From IMG/VR virus record IMGVR_UViG_3300041411_000074, positions 25,365 to 89,364 of that record: a stretch of 64,000 nt of DNA, one strand, 5' to 3'. The position numbers and the translations under genes were made by a program. The first letter of the stretch is position 1. Each line of letters opens with the position of its first letter. This DNA is from a virus. The notes under the pieces were generated by a model, which searched no databases, was not told the DNA's origin, and saw only the letters and a list, made by a program, of their open reading frames with translations. Below, piece by piece: positions 8,854-18,802 of the stretch.

Positions 8854-9537
8854 TCAGACGGACTTAACTTCTGTCCTCTTGTTAGCATTTAATCGCAGAT
8901 TGGCAGCCCTGTCAAGCAATTTTTCTGCAACAAGCAAAGAGAAATTCTCCGCTTCGCCAGCCAGTCGCCACTTTTCAATTGCGGCTTCAATTTGCACAGC
9001 CTTAGCCATACACCATGCTTGATGAGCAGTTAGAGGATCTTGAAACACGCCAAGGTAGCGTTTACCTTCACCTTGAACTCTGGCTACGTACCGATCACTG
9101 TATCCGCTGACAAAAGTTACACCAAGGGGCAGATCTACTAGGCTTTTGTTGTTAGATGACACTAACATATTTATATAGTTTGGAACAAAGCAGCAGGTGT
9201 TAGGGCCATATTCTTTGTTACCTTTAATAAGTATATCTTTGTCTATCTCCAAACCTTCCCAAATCTGAACTTCCATCCAAGCCTTGAATGCGCTAAAGTA
9301 TTTCCAAACGATGTTTACAGTTGTTCCCTCAAGCACAGGTCTTTTAGAAAGCGTATTCTTGCTATAACCTCTTTTGACCATAGCGCTCCACTTCCTATAG
9401 AATGGACACATCACAGATTTATTTCCAACACGTATAGATACTTTGTAATCCGCATCATTGATACCCCATCCAGATACAGTTGGAAATTCTTTAGGTTTGT
9501 TTAAACCCCTATTTCTTGTGTACTTTGTTTTAGACAT
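8854..9537 (-). CDS. HNH-like/AP2 putative homing endonuclease (LDKD family)
   Basis: GWGINDADY, CPFYRKW, IDKDIL..GNKEYGPNTC, AP2-like C-terminus. Confidence 0.7.
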   Translation of the reverse strand: MSKTKYTRNRGLNKPKEFPTVSGWGINDADYKVSIRVGNKSVMCPFYRKWSAMVKRGYSKNTLSKRPVLEGTTVNIVWKYFSAFKAWMEVQIWEGLEIDKDILIKGNKEYGPNTCCFVPNYINMLVSSNNKSLVDLPLGVTFVSGYSDRYVARVQGEGKRYLGVFQDPLTAHQAWCMAKAVQIEAAIEKWRLAGEAENFSLLVAEKLLDRAANLRLNANKRTEVKSV

Positions 9538-10141
9538 TTTTCAACTCATCCAAGTAATTGCTAATTTTAATTTTATATCGTACCAATGTTTTAGTGATCA
9601 CACAAGCCTTCTTTAAGATATTTTTCAGGCTATTCTCCGAAGATAAGTCATCTATCCAGATCACTCCACAAGGTGTGGCTACCTCTGTGTGGGTGTAATC
9701 TACATCACACGAATTGTAGGTAGTTTCTACGCCAAATTCCTCTATTTCTGTCCGAATTGGTCGGACACTGACAGCCTTCTTCAACAAGACTTCTTGACGT
9801 TCGATTTTAGCCACAATCACATCACGAAGAAGGCTGTACTCAGAGATTGACATGTCTGTTGTTTTATACTCAGTTTCCAGCTCCACCATCTGAGACTGAA
9901 GAGTCTGTAGTCGCTTGAACTGAGGTAAGATTTTATCTTTAATGCTCACCTTAGGTTTATTTGCACCAGCCCGCAAAGCAATCTGTTCATCAGAAAACCA
10001 ATCAACGTTGGCTTTGCCGTGTTGTGTGTACATTGGGATTTCAACGGAACGGACGTGTCTTGAGCCCGTTTGCTGGCCCGAGTAGTCAGGTTCGTTGTCG
10101 TGTGATGAGACCCATGACTGGATTGCGAAATAACGACTCAT
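9530..10141 (-). CDS. Hypothetical protein with a coiled coil
   Basis: 203-aa ORF with own promoter and RBS. Confidence 0.75.
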   Translation of the reverse strand: MSRYFAIQSWVSSHDNEPDYSGQQTGSRHVRSVEIPMYTQHGKANVDWFSDEQIALRAGANKPKVSIKDKILPQFKRLQTLQSQMVELETEYKTTDMSISEYSLLRDVIVAKIERQEVLLKKAVSVRPIRTEIEEFGVETTYNSCDVDYTHTEVATPCGVIWIDDLSSENSLKNILKKACVITKTLVRYKIKISNYLDELKNV

Positions 10142-10179
10142 TGAACACCTACCTAAGCTTGTTTGTTCCTGTTGTGGTG

Positions 10180-10215
10180 ATTCTAACCCAACGAAAACAG
10201 GCCGTCAAGCGGCCT
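10180..10215 (-). promoter_or_regulatory. Terminator hairpin with the -35 box in its loop, plus sigma70 promoter
   Basis: AGGCCG-CTTGA-CGGCCT-GTTTT; TTGACG-17-TAGAAT. Confidence 0.8.
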
Positions 10216-10861
10216 TTTCAATATAAGTAAAGTTTTCATATTTATCAATTAACGCTTTAGCTACACGTTCATCTGTTTGTTGTGCTGCGAGTACATAGGC
10301 TTGCTCCAGTTTAAACGTAAGCCATGCTTGGTGAGCTTCTTCTGGTGTCTTGAAGTGGCCTAAAACTTTTACCTTCCCTGTGACAACAGAACTGCACGTT
10401 GCCACATACTTACCTCTACTCTTGTCGAAACAAACACCAATAGGCCACTCACCACGATCTGCTGCCCGCTCAATTATGAATGAGTTAACTCTAGCGTCTA
10501 CGAAGACGCAAGTATCAGGACCGTAGATCTTATTGCCCGGAAAGAGGATATCTTTATCCAGCTGTTTACCTTCCCAATCTTGAAGCTCCATCCAAGATTT
10601 GAAGTTGCTGAATGTTAGCCATTCTCTCACCACAGAGCAACCTTTATAACTTGGATACTTTGACTGGTAGTTTTCACTATAACACCTCGTCAACATACTC
10701 ATCCACCTACCATAGAACGGACATACCCATACAAGCTTTCGTTTTTTACCGCCTAGGTAACCGATTGTCTTGAACACTTGTACAACATAATCAGCATCGT
10801 TAATACCAACACCGCGCACTAGCTTAGTTCTCTGGTAGCTCTTCAACTTTCTCTTCTCCAT
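10205..10861 (-). CDS. HNH-like/AP2 putative homing endonuclease (LDKD family)
   Basis: Close paralogue of 5461..6114 (GVGINDADY, QDWEGKQLDKD, RVAKALI). Confidence 0.7.
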   Translation of the reverse strand: MEKRKLKSYQRTKLVRGVGINDADYVVQVFKTIGYLGGKKRKLVWVCPFYGRWMSMLTRCYSENYQSKYPSYKGCSVVREWLTFSNFKSWMELQDWEGKQLDKDILFPGNKIYGPDTCVFVDARVNSFIIERAADRGEWPIGVCFDKSRGKYVATCSSVVTGKVKVLGHFKTPEEAHQAWLTFKLEQAYVLAAQQTDERVAKALIDKYENFTYIEKAA

Positions 10862-10906
10862 ATATAAAGCCCTCTAGGACGAGGGCACAATTTTACAACA
10901 CTTACT

Positions 10907-11152
10907 CTAAAACTTCTTACAACACCGTCCACACTTACTGCATTGAGTAGTCCCACAGCAAGCCAAGATTAGGATATAAGGAACAATCCACAACAAGCCT
11001 GTAAGCAACACCAACACGATGTTAACCAGATGCCCACCAGCAGACAACCCTTTAGTGATACCAATTTGAACACCACACGATGGACACTTACACATTGACA
11101 TGCTCATATCACACCTCCAATACACTGATGAACAACGCATCAGGCCAATCAA
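10907..11152 (-). CDS. Small membrane protein with Zn-ribbon cysteines
   Basis: CPSCG...hydrophobic segment...CSKCG. Confidence 0.6.
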   Translation of the reverse strand: MIGLMRCSSVYWRCDMSMSMCKCPSCGVQIGITKGLSAGGHLVNIVLVLLTGLLWIVPYILILACCGTTQCSKCGRCCKKF

Positions 11153-11463
11153 GGTTAGCGATCACACGAGCGCCTTCATGACTCGTAGCTTCAATATCCA
11201 GGAAGAACTCACCGCTTGAGTCAAGCATTTTTACTTTGAATGTACGAGTATAACTTTTCACGATATCACCTCAATCAATTCATTTGTGTATAGATTCTGT
11301 AGCCACTGACCCGTACCATCATCAAAAAGTATAGTAGCTGTTTCATTCTCCTCGTCTACGTTGTTAAAGGTTATCTCCTTAACTTCGCAAGCGGATTTGA
11401 ATTTGCTGCCACCCACGCGAACGAATACTTTGTCACCGGGGAGGAGTTGTCCGATGAGCTTTT

Positions 11464-11742
11464 TCATGTCAAGCGCTCCAGCCTACGGATTTTAGACTCT
11501 AGTTGATAGATTGTGCAGATATCTTCTTCTAAGCTTTCACCACTCACTGCTAGTTCAATATCATTAAAGACAAAGGTTACATAGTTGTGTCTGGTGCTGA
11601 TTGCCTGCTCTTTTGCATATTGAACTGCTGTGTAAATGCTGAATCCCGGTGGTATTACAATCTTCATGACCTTCTCCTCATACCAGACGTACGATGAATC
11701 GGACAGCTCCATAGGCCAAGTCCTTCTTGTTAGCAAAAGCAC
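11464..11742 (-). CDS. Hypothetical protein, paralogue of 24976..25209 (true start probably internal)
   Basis: Shared IY....A..A.....V.F.FN...V...S pattern. Confidence 0.55.
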   Translation of the reverse strand: MLLLTRRTWPMELSDSSYVWYEEKVMKIVIPPGFSIYTAVQYAKEQAISTRHNYVTFVFNDIELAVSGESLEEDICTIYQLESKIRRLERLT

Positions 11743-11883
11743 GAGCAGTGCTACCTTTACCTGCTGGGTATTGCTTTACGACAGCCTTGGTCTGGATGTC
11801 AACTACTTCGTAAGCTACGTTGGTTTGAGTAGTCATGTCTGTTGCTCCGGTTTGGTTAGAAGCTTTCTGCTTCCTATGTAGAT

Positions 11884-11912
11884 ATTCTAGGGTAGTCAGA
11901 AAGTCCTGTCAA
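11884..11912 (-). promoter_or_regulatory. sigma70-type promoter
   Basis: TTGACA-17-TAGAAT; leader hairpin GAAGC-AGAAA-GCTTC. Confidence 0.85.
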
Positions 11913-12321
11913 TACCTATTTATAAATAAATTTAGCAGAGAGCAAATCATTAGCCCACTCGTACATCTCACCAACACCAAATGCATAGGACAGGGCAATC
12001 TTTGTGTGCTTAGCGCTATTAGGGCAGACGTTATCATTTACCATTGAGTTGATAGTGTCACGGTAGGACTGTTTGAACCGCTTAGAGGTTTTCATTTTAT
12101 TCTCCCATCTCTTCAGAAATCAAAGCTGGATCACGAGAAGCTTCATACCAACCGTAGCACCAGAGACTGGCTTCTAAAGTATCTTTAGCATAAGGGCAAA
12201 TCGACAACATTTTATGCTCAACACGAGCAGTCCAGCCTTCTGAAAATTCTACGGTGAGTTGCTTTTGTTGAATGTTCATCTCAATCACCCTTCGGTTCAG
12301 TTGTTTTACTTTCTTGAGTTG

Positions 12322-12350
12322 ATTAAGAGCCCCTTTCGAAGCCCTGTCAA
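12322..12350 (-). promoter_or_regulatory. sigma70-type promoter whose spacer can form a GAAA-tetraloop hairpin
   Basis: TTGACA-17-CTTAAT; agggcttc-gaaa-ggggctct. Confidence 0.55.
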
Positions 12351-12360
12351 GCATTTATTT

Positions 12361-13176
12361 TCAAACCTTCTCTGTATATCTGTAGTTGTCATAGTCTTCT
12401 TGGATCACTTGCCACTTGGCCGCAAGTGGTTCCCGAAGCTCTTCAAGGAATTCAGGGCTTTCGTAGTAGATTCCAATTTCAGTCTTGAGGTGCTCTATCT
12501 TAGCCAACTGCCAAAACCTGTGTGCTTCCATTGGGTCTGATGCCCTGCCCAGTATAGTGGTTACATCACCCCTCTTTATGCTTGCAACGTAAGTGCCCAC
12601 GCCGCTTTTCTTCACACCCATACCATGAGCAGACCTTACAGAAAACTTATCAAGAAACAAATTGTTAATTCTCACAGGTACTGCACGGCAAAATTCGGGT
12701 CCATATTCTTTGTTACCGAAGACTAGTAAGTCCTTGTCAATTCTAAAGTCATCGCTCGGGCAATTGCTGTAGTACCATGCACAATAATTCTGTAAGTTAT
12801 GCCACAAAGGATTCACATAGACACCTTTAGCACCATAGTCTGAGTACGCTTTGTGTCCCGTGTCGTAACACCTACGGATCATGTTTGCCCACCTCTTATA
12901 TGCTGTGTGTTGGTTTCCATCTTTTCCCGTTGTTGAGTATGGTCCAACCCCGCGATATCCAATACCAAGAACCGTCTTTGCTAGTGGGTCTTCAACCTTA
13001 CCCCTGATAGCAGCACTGGCCCTAGTCGTCACAAATGAGCCAGTATTAATAAACCTAACCTTGATGTCAAAGCAACCATCAGCAGATATTATTTCATACG
13101 GTCCTGATACACCTCTAGCCTCAAAGATGTCGCCGACCTTGTACTTTCTAACTTGTCCATCTGGTATTTTACGCAC
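12361..13176 (-). CDS. HNH-like/AP2 putative homing endonuclease (LDKD family)
   Basis: YKRWANMIRRCY...IDKDLL..GNKEYGPEFC; N-terminal KVGDIF-type module. Confidence 0.7.
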   Translation of the reverse strand: MRKIPDGQVRKYKVGDIFEARGVSGPYEIISADGCFDIKVRFINTGSFVTTRASAAIRGKVEDPLAKTVLGIGYRGVGPYSTTGKDGNQHTAYKRWANMIRRCYDTGHKAYSDYGAKGVYVNPLWHNLQNYCAWYYSNCPSDDFRIDKDLLVFGNKEYGPEFCRAVPVRINNLFLDKFSVRSAHGMGVKKSGVGTYVASIKRGDVTTILGRASDPMEAHRFWQLAKIEHLKTEIGIYYESPEFLEELREPLAAKWQVIQEDYDNYRYTEKV

Positions 13177-13242
13177 TTTCTTCCTCTTAATAGTAAACCC
13201 GACACTAGGCCGGGTTGTTTTGTTGTGACTGTTGCCAGTCGT

Positions 13243-13650
13243 TTACTCACTAGGCTTAAGAATCTCTTTGCAACTCTTAGAGATTACCAAAAGTTTAGAT
13301 CTATTCTCAATGTTGTCTTGGCTCACCACTTCCGTTAGCTCTACGATACCTTCAACCACTTCAACAAACTTTTCAAGTTGACCTTTCAATTGTGAGATTT
13401 CAAGATCCTGCAACGAAAACAGCTCGTTCATTAGCTCAATACGTTCCGCTGTATCATCTGTACTTGGAAGACTGAGGGCTTCTTCCTTCGGAACTTCTCC
13501 CAAAGGTTCCTCCCTATCTTCTATCAAACCAGACACTAGTGGCGTCACTTTATAGTTAACATCTTCAATTGCCCAAGCCTCAACCTCTTTCATAAACAAG
13601 CTACGGCCATCTCTCTCAATCAAAAACCCTTTAACTTTGGAGTTAGTCAT
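13243..13650 (-). CDS. Hypothetical coiled-coil protein
   Basis: GAGG RBS before MTNSKVKG. Confidence 0.6.
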   Translation of the reverse strand: MTNSKVKGFLIERDGRSLFMKEVEAWAIEDVNYKVTPLVSGLIEDREEPLGEVPKEEALSLPSTDDTAERIELMNELFSLQDLEISQLKGQLEKFVEVVEGIVELTEVVSQDNIENRSKLLVISKSCKEILKPSE

Positions 13651-13660
13651 GGTCAGCACC

Positions 13661-13861
13661 TCAATTTGATCTAGCAATTGAGGCAAAAGCTTGTGCCAAT
13701 GTCTTCTTGACGCGAGATTTACCGTCGATCCTCTGCACACGATAGCCCTCGGAACACTTGATTATTAAACCGAGAAAATTACCCCGATCATCAAACATGC
13801 GTCGAGTGTTGTTGCCCGATACAGGACTGAAAGAACCTTTGATGCTGTCTGTTTGTGCCAT
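13661..13861 (-). CDS. Hypothetical protein
   Basis: AAGGTG RBS before MAQTDSIK. Confidence 0.6.
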   Translation of the reverse strand: MAQTDSIKGSFSPVSGNNTRRMFDDRGNFLGLIIKCSEGYRVQRIDGKSRVKKTLAQAFASIARSN

Positions 13862-13986
13862 GATAATCACCTTAAAGATTTTTAGATACTTAACCCAAAG
13901 AACCATTTCCTTGGATTTTGTCTCCTTGGTCTGTCAGATGGCCTACTACTTAATCGCCGTCTCTACATCTCCCTTCGGTATGAAGA

Positions 13987-14015
13987 ACTATAGCGAAAGG
14001 CTTACACAGCGTCAA
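13987..14015 (-). promoter_or_regulatory. sigma70-type promoter
   Basis: TTGACG-17-TATAGT. Confidence 0.8.
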
Positions 14016-14033
14016 GCAATTTCTGAAAAGATT

Positions 14034-14291
14034 TTACGAATTGTAAATTAACCCTTTAGAAACAAGCACTTGCTCAATACTTCCAAGGTTGATAGCGTAA
14101 GCTTTAGCCTCAGCTGTAGGATACGCAACATCAAAATCAATATCCTCAGCAAACCACAGGTGGCTATCTAGAAACCCTTCCAGTGTGCTGACAGGAAGGT
14201 TTGAGTAAGCTAGACAGTCCAACAAGGCTTCGTTGTGAACACCTTCCACTTTCAGAGATTCCAAAGCTTGCTTGATTTCTTTAACGATCAT
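14034..14291 (-). CDS. Hypothetical protein
   Basis: AGGAG RBS and own promoter. Confidence 0.7.
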   Translation of the reverse strand: MIVKEIKQALESLKVEGVHNEALLDCLAYSNLPVSTLEGFLDSHLWFAEDIDFDVAYPTAEAKAYAINLGSIEQVLVSKGLIYNS

Positions 14292-14380
14292 TTTATGAAG
14301 CTCCTACGTTGTGTGTGTTGACTCGTTTGTGTTACAGATTCAGAGCCTGTGTAAAGTTGGTGAGAGGCTCTGTTAAGGTG

Positions 14381-14408
14381 ATGATACGCTTGTCGGATCC
14401 CATAGCAA
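14381..14408 (-). promoter_or_regulatory. sigma70-type promoter
   Basis: TTGCTA-16-TATCAT followed by an 8-bp leader stem cagagcct/aggctctg. Confidence 0.6.
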
Positions 14409-14901
14409 GGGGTGTTTCACGAAATTATCACATTTATTTTCGAGCCCGTTTCCATGCAGCATTAAGAATTTGTAGCGTCTCATCTTCCTCTTTTGTACGG
14501 TGTGCAGGCTCAGAGGATGCTTCCAATTGATTGAGGATCAACCAAAGCTGTTTTTCTGTAAGTCTCACGAGTACAGCTTTGTCTCCAATCATCTTTCTCT
14601 CCTAAAACATTAATTTAAATTATCAAAACACCATCTCTTTAAAACATCCCAGTTATTTTATGCCATTGTTCTTCTACAAACTTGACACCTTCTAAATAAT
14701 CGTGATCATCATTTCGATTAACCACATCCTCAGATTTCCACTCAATCCAATGTGCAATCCACTGTTCCAATCCAATGACACTCAAATCACATGCATACAG
14801 ACCTTCGCTGATTGCATCTTTAAAGCTTTCTGATTCTGTCGATTCATTTAAGACAGTTTGCAAGCGTTCTTTTAGTTGCTGAAGAGGATTAATTCTGTTA
14901 T

Positions 14902-15129
14902 TCACTGGTTCAGCTCCTGCCTCTCGACGATAGGCTCGATCTTCCCAAGACAATCACGCTTCGATTCGGGCCATGTTCTGACGACCTCGGCGCATTGCTT
15001 GCAGTGTTCGGCAAGCGTTGGCTCGGCGGCAGGGGCAGCGAGGAGGAGTCGAAGTTCTTGGAATGCTGACATATCAGCCGCTGCCAGCCTCTCCGCAAGC
15101 TCTTGCGTGATTTCAAATTTACTGCTCAT
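14902..15129 (-). CDS. Temperate-prophage-type hypothetical protein
   Basis: GC-rich; MSSKFEITQELAERL...ELRLLLAAP...VERQE motifs. Confidence 0.6.
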   Translation of the reverse strand: MSSKFEITQELAERLAAADMSAFQELRLLLAAPAAEPTLAEHCKQCAEVVRTWPESKRDCLGKIEPIVERQELNQ

Positions 15130-15404
15130 TCGCTTGCTCCCGATTCGGTGGGCTTGAGGGCTGCGTCGATCAATTCACCCAAATAATCGTTCGGTCTATC
15201 GCAGCGATTGCGAGCCCGCCCAAGCAGGTTTTCCAATTTCTTATTCCGCTGCTCAGCGGCTGTAAGGCGCTGAATCAGATCAAGTCTTTCGTTCAGACCA
15301 TCCATGTAAATTTCATTGATACCGTCCAGCTCTTCCCGCAGCCCAGACAGTTGATCTTTCAATAATTTATTTTCAATTTCCACAATATTTCTCCTTTTAC
15401 TCAT
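15126..15404 (-). CDS. Ead/Ea22-like coiled-coil hypothetical protein
   Basis: GC-rich; QRLTAAEQRN...IDAALKP motifs. Confidence 0.55.
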   Translation of the reverse strand: MSKRRNIVEIENKLLKDQLSGLREELDGINEIYMDGLNERLDLIQRLTAAEQRNKKLENLLGRARNRCDRPNDYLGELIDAALKPTESGASE

Positions 15405-15535
15405 TTGATTAACAACCTATCCAAACAATACCCCAATTTCCCCAACAAAACAACCTTTTCATGCAGCTTTTTCGTATGTTTAAGCCACGTTAGGGCTTAA
15501 TTGATACAAGGGCAAGCCTTGACAATAACCTCTGT

Positions 15536-15850
15536 TTAATTCCACTCCAAAACACTATTCTTCAATGTCTGCATTAATTCTTTATAATCCATCTCACCGG
15601 GCTCGTGATATTTCTTCAAAGATTCTTCCAACCACAAAGCTTCCACACCATCACATTCTATGAAATCCACAAGAGGAGTGCCTAGAATGTAGGCGTGTCC
15701 TTCATTTGTGTAGATCGTTTGTCCTGTAAGTCTGCACACAAAATCTTCATTAGCTTCAATGATGGCTTCGATAATATAGAATCCATTATGTTCCGATAAG
15801 AGTTTACTTTGTAGGATTACCCTCTCTCCGATGCTAAAGAGGTGATTCAT
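15536..15850 (-). CDS. Hypothetical protein
   Basis: 104-aa ORF, ATGA-coupled. Confidence 0.7.
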   Translation of the reverse strand: MNHLFSIGERVILQSKLLSEHNGFYIIEAIIEANEDFVCRLTGQTIYTNEGHAYILGTPLVDFIECDGVEALWLEESLKKYHEPGEMDYKELMQTLKNSVLEWN

Positions 15851-16047
15851 ACCCTTTCCTCTTTAGTCAATACACGCTGGCTGACATTGCCCACAACATA
15901 CGCACTAATGATAACCATTGTCAATGACTGGAACACATCTGGTGGGAGCGTACCATTCCATAAACACACGAAGAATAGAAGTTGTGTAGTGGAGATTAGA
16001 ATAAACTTACGAGATAGGAATTTATCAATCATTTTGTTCATCCTCAT
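15847..16047 (-). CDS. Small two-TMD membrane protein (holin-like)
   Basis: SRKF motif, two hydrophobic helices, charged C-terminus. Confidence 0.55.
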   Translation of the reverse strand: MRMNKMIDKFLSRKFILISTTQLLFFVCLWNGTLPPDVFQSLTMVIISAYVVGNVSQRVLTKEERV

Positions 16048-17135
16048 AATAAAATTTCACTTTAAGCTTTTTATCCAAGTCGTGAAACTCTTCCCAACCT
16101 GAGTCTTTATATTTCTCATACCAGAAATTAGAAACATACTCTTGAAGGGCTTCACCGTATTCATCAAAAGCTTCTTCATACCAGTCAACCAACAGTTCGC
16201 GATTGCTCACGCTTCAACCTCCTCTTCAATAACTTGCCCAAACACATTAGCCAAAACATATTCCCTACATGCCTTGTCAAACCTGAAACGACACTGTTTA
16301 AGCTCTTCGCGGCAAAGTATGTACTCAAGGCTATTATCTAGCGAACTTTTCGACTTTGCATAGGCACTTTCTGCCTGCTGGAGACGTTCTAGTAGTTCGG
16401 TAAGGTGGTTCATAGGGTTTGTCATTCTGGCGCCCCTTTCTGCTCTTTATACACCAGATATTTAAGGTATTGAGCAACATCAAATAGCTGCTCATCGTCC
16501 TCTAAATCCATATCAGGGATACAGATGTTTGCTGTTCCAACAGAAGCTGTCATCTCAAAGGCAAGCTTGAGAATGGCTACTTGCATCTCTTGTTCATTCA
16601 TTTGTGAACTCCAATAATTCGTGTTGTACGAGCCACACATTCCCACTCATCGAAATCTAGGAAATGATACCCTGAAACTTTACTCCACACAAGCAGAGTT
16701 TTATCTTTGATAGGCTGATTTGTGTATTCTTCAAAGTCTTTGATGTTCATTTCACCAATCCTTTTGCAAAGTCCATTGCATCAGAAATGTTAGAGAATGT
16801 TTTAGAAACGTCTTTAGAACGTACAGTCCAGACATTCTCTTTATTCTTGAATGGGAGAATTCCCAAACCGTTCATGGTCATTAGTTGGGTTGAGGCGTTC
16901 ATTTGGTTTCATCCTTTAAGATTGCAATATCAATTAGACGAACAAGTTCTGTGCTAGCTGTTTCAATATTACTCTGCTCGTCAAAGAATGTCAGCCACTC
17001 ATTCGAGAGACTAATAAAAGGTGTGCCGGATGCGATTAGGAAAGCTTCCCAACGAATAGAGTTTTGAATCTGTTCAGCAGATGGACGCTTTGCTACTGAT
17101 ACTCGCTTAGTTTTTACTGACATAACATTCTCCCC

Positions 17136-17342
17136 TTAGTACTTATGAATCGTTATGGAATTATCTACGGATTTATTTGAATTTAAATTTCTTATAAAAC
17201 CTGTTGCTTCTTCTAGACTCCAAAATACTGTATTGTAGTAACCAATTCCATGCATCCCACTCTTAAAATTAAGCCAAAACAACCACAAAAACTTATACTG
17301 AGGATAATACTTATTTCCTACTTGTTTTATACGATAATTCAT
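17136..17342 (-). CDS. Hypothetical protein
   Basis: GAGG RBS before MNYRIKQ..YYPQYK..FW. Confidence 0.65.
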   Translation of the reverse strand: MNYRIKQVGNKYYPQYKFLWLFWLNFKSGMHGIGYYNTVFWSLEEATGFIRNLNSNKSVDNSITIHKY

Positions 17343-17405
17343 AACATTCCCTCTTAAATTCCTGTGATGTATTGCTATCTTTAGATAAATATCTTTGATA
17401 GCCGT

Positions 17406-17434
17406 ATTGTCTCTGTTTTGGTACAGGCTGTCAA
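17406..17434 (-). promoter_or_regulatory. sigma70-type promoter
   Basis: TTGACA-17-GACAAT; upstream AATAATTG shared with the 6772 promoter; leader hairpin gctatc/gatagc. Confidence 0.75.
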
Positions 17435-18802
17435 CAATTATTTGAAAGCTCTTCCAAAACAAATTCCCAACCATTTCGACGTTGTAGATCAAACTTAACC
17501 AATTCGTACATTCGGCAAAGGGTTGTTGTCTTAATCCTAATCGTTGCACCTTCGCTATCTGTAAAGGTGCTGTAATACTGATTAGGATTTGCCGATACAT
17601 AGTCCTCAACTGTCAAACCATTACCTGTGAGCTTCATGCTGCTTTCTCCTCGTTGTTGACAAACCACTTACACCCATCATTAGGATTCTTGCAAGCTACA
17701 GGCATACAAAGATAAGCCTGATAACGAGGCAAAGGAATCTGCGTGAAACGTTTACAAGCGGTCTTGCGGACACAATCTGTACCCTCGCACATAACGAGAT
17801 TTGTCATTGTTCATCCTCATAAGTAACTTCAAACCAATATTCATGATTAGGAAACTCAACACCTAGTTTCCTAACCTCTTCCCGTGCTTCCGTTTCATCT
17901 GTAATGTGATCACTACAGAATACCACATCCATATTCTTATCTTCGTAATAGATTTCGTAGATGTTACTCATCCCTCTTCTCCCAAATCAAATTCAAGCGC
18001 TTCAATAATCTTCTCAATATCGTCTGTCACAGAATAATCGTAGTGCAATTCTTTCTCCAACAAATGTTTAGCATTTTGGAGGAGAGTGATAGTGTCGAGT
18101 ATTGTTTGTTTACGTTGGGTCATTTTTCAGCCTCCATATTAGGACGTGCTGTCCACTGCCACTCCTTACAGTTTTCTTGCCAAGCTTCTTGAAACCAATC
18201 GTCTGTATTTTCAAGACATGCATAATACTTCCCATCACCTTCATCTTTGTAGAACCATGCTGCACAGACAAGTCCTGTAGACGGTTGATACCATTGTGCT
18301 TCTTTTGGGGCTTTGTTCCAATTGATATTCATTTCGTCTCCTCTTTCAATACAAATTTAGCACTATTATTACACAGAACATGGTTCGGATCAAGAGTTCG
18401 TGCAACAAACCTGTCTACACCATCATTCTTTGAACAAAACTCTTCAGCCTTTGACCACTCTTCAGGGGTGATGCGAATACTAGATGAGTTAACACCTAGA
18501 AAGATACCAGACAGAAATACACAGAACCAACCAAATAATTCGCCCATTTTAATTGTCCTTTGTACCAAGTTGAAGGAATCTTTTATTGTAGCAAGGGTGC
18601 TGCTCTTTTACAAACTGATTGGTAGTGAAGTCTGTGTATTCAAAATGCCGACCACAACCATAAGATTCATCACTAGGATCAAACTCTTCAGTTGTAACAT
18701 TGCCACCTTGATCATAATAACTTGTACCAGATGAGTGGTGCAATACTTCTACGATTGCTTCTTGGTCCTGTGTCTCAAGCCATTTGATAAAGTCTTTAAC
18801 AT

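Noticed and set aside
18102-18734. 210-aa + strand ORF
   Set aside because: Spans three well-formed minus-strand genes and has no RBS
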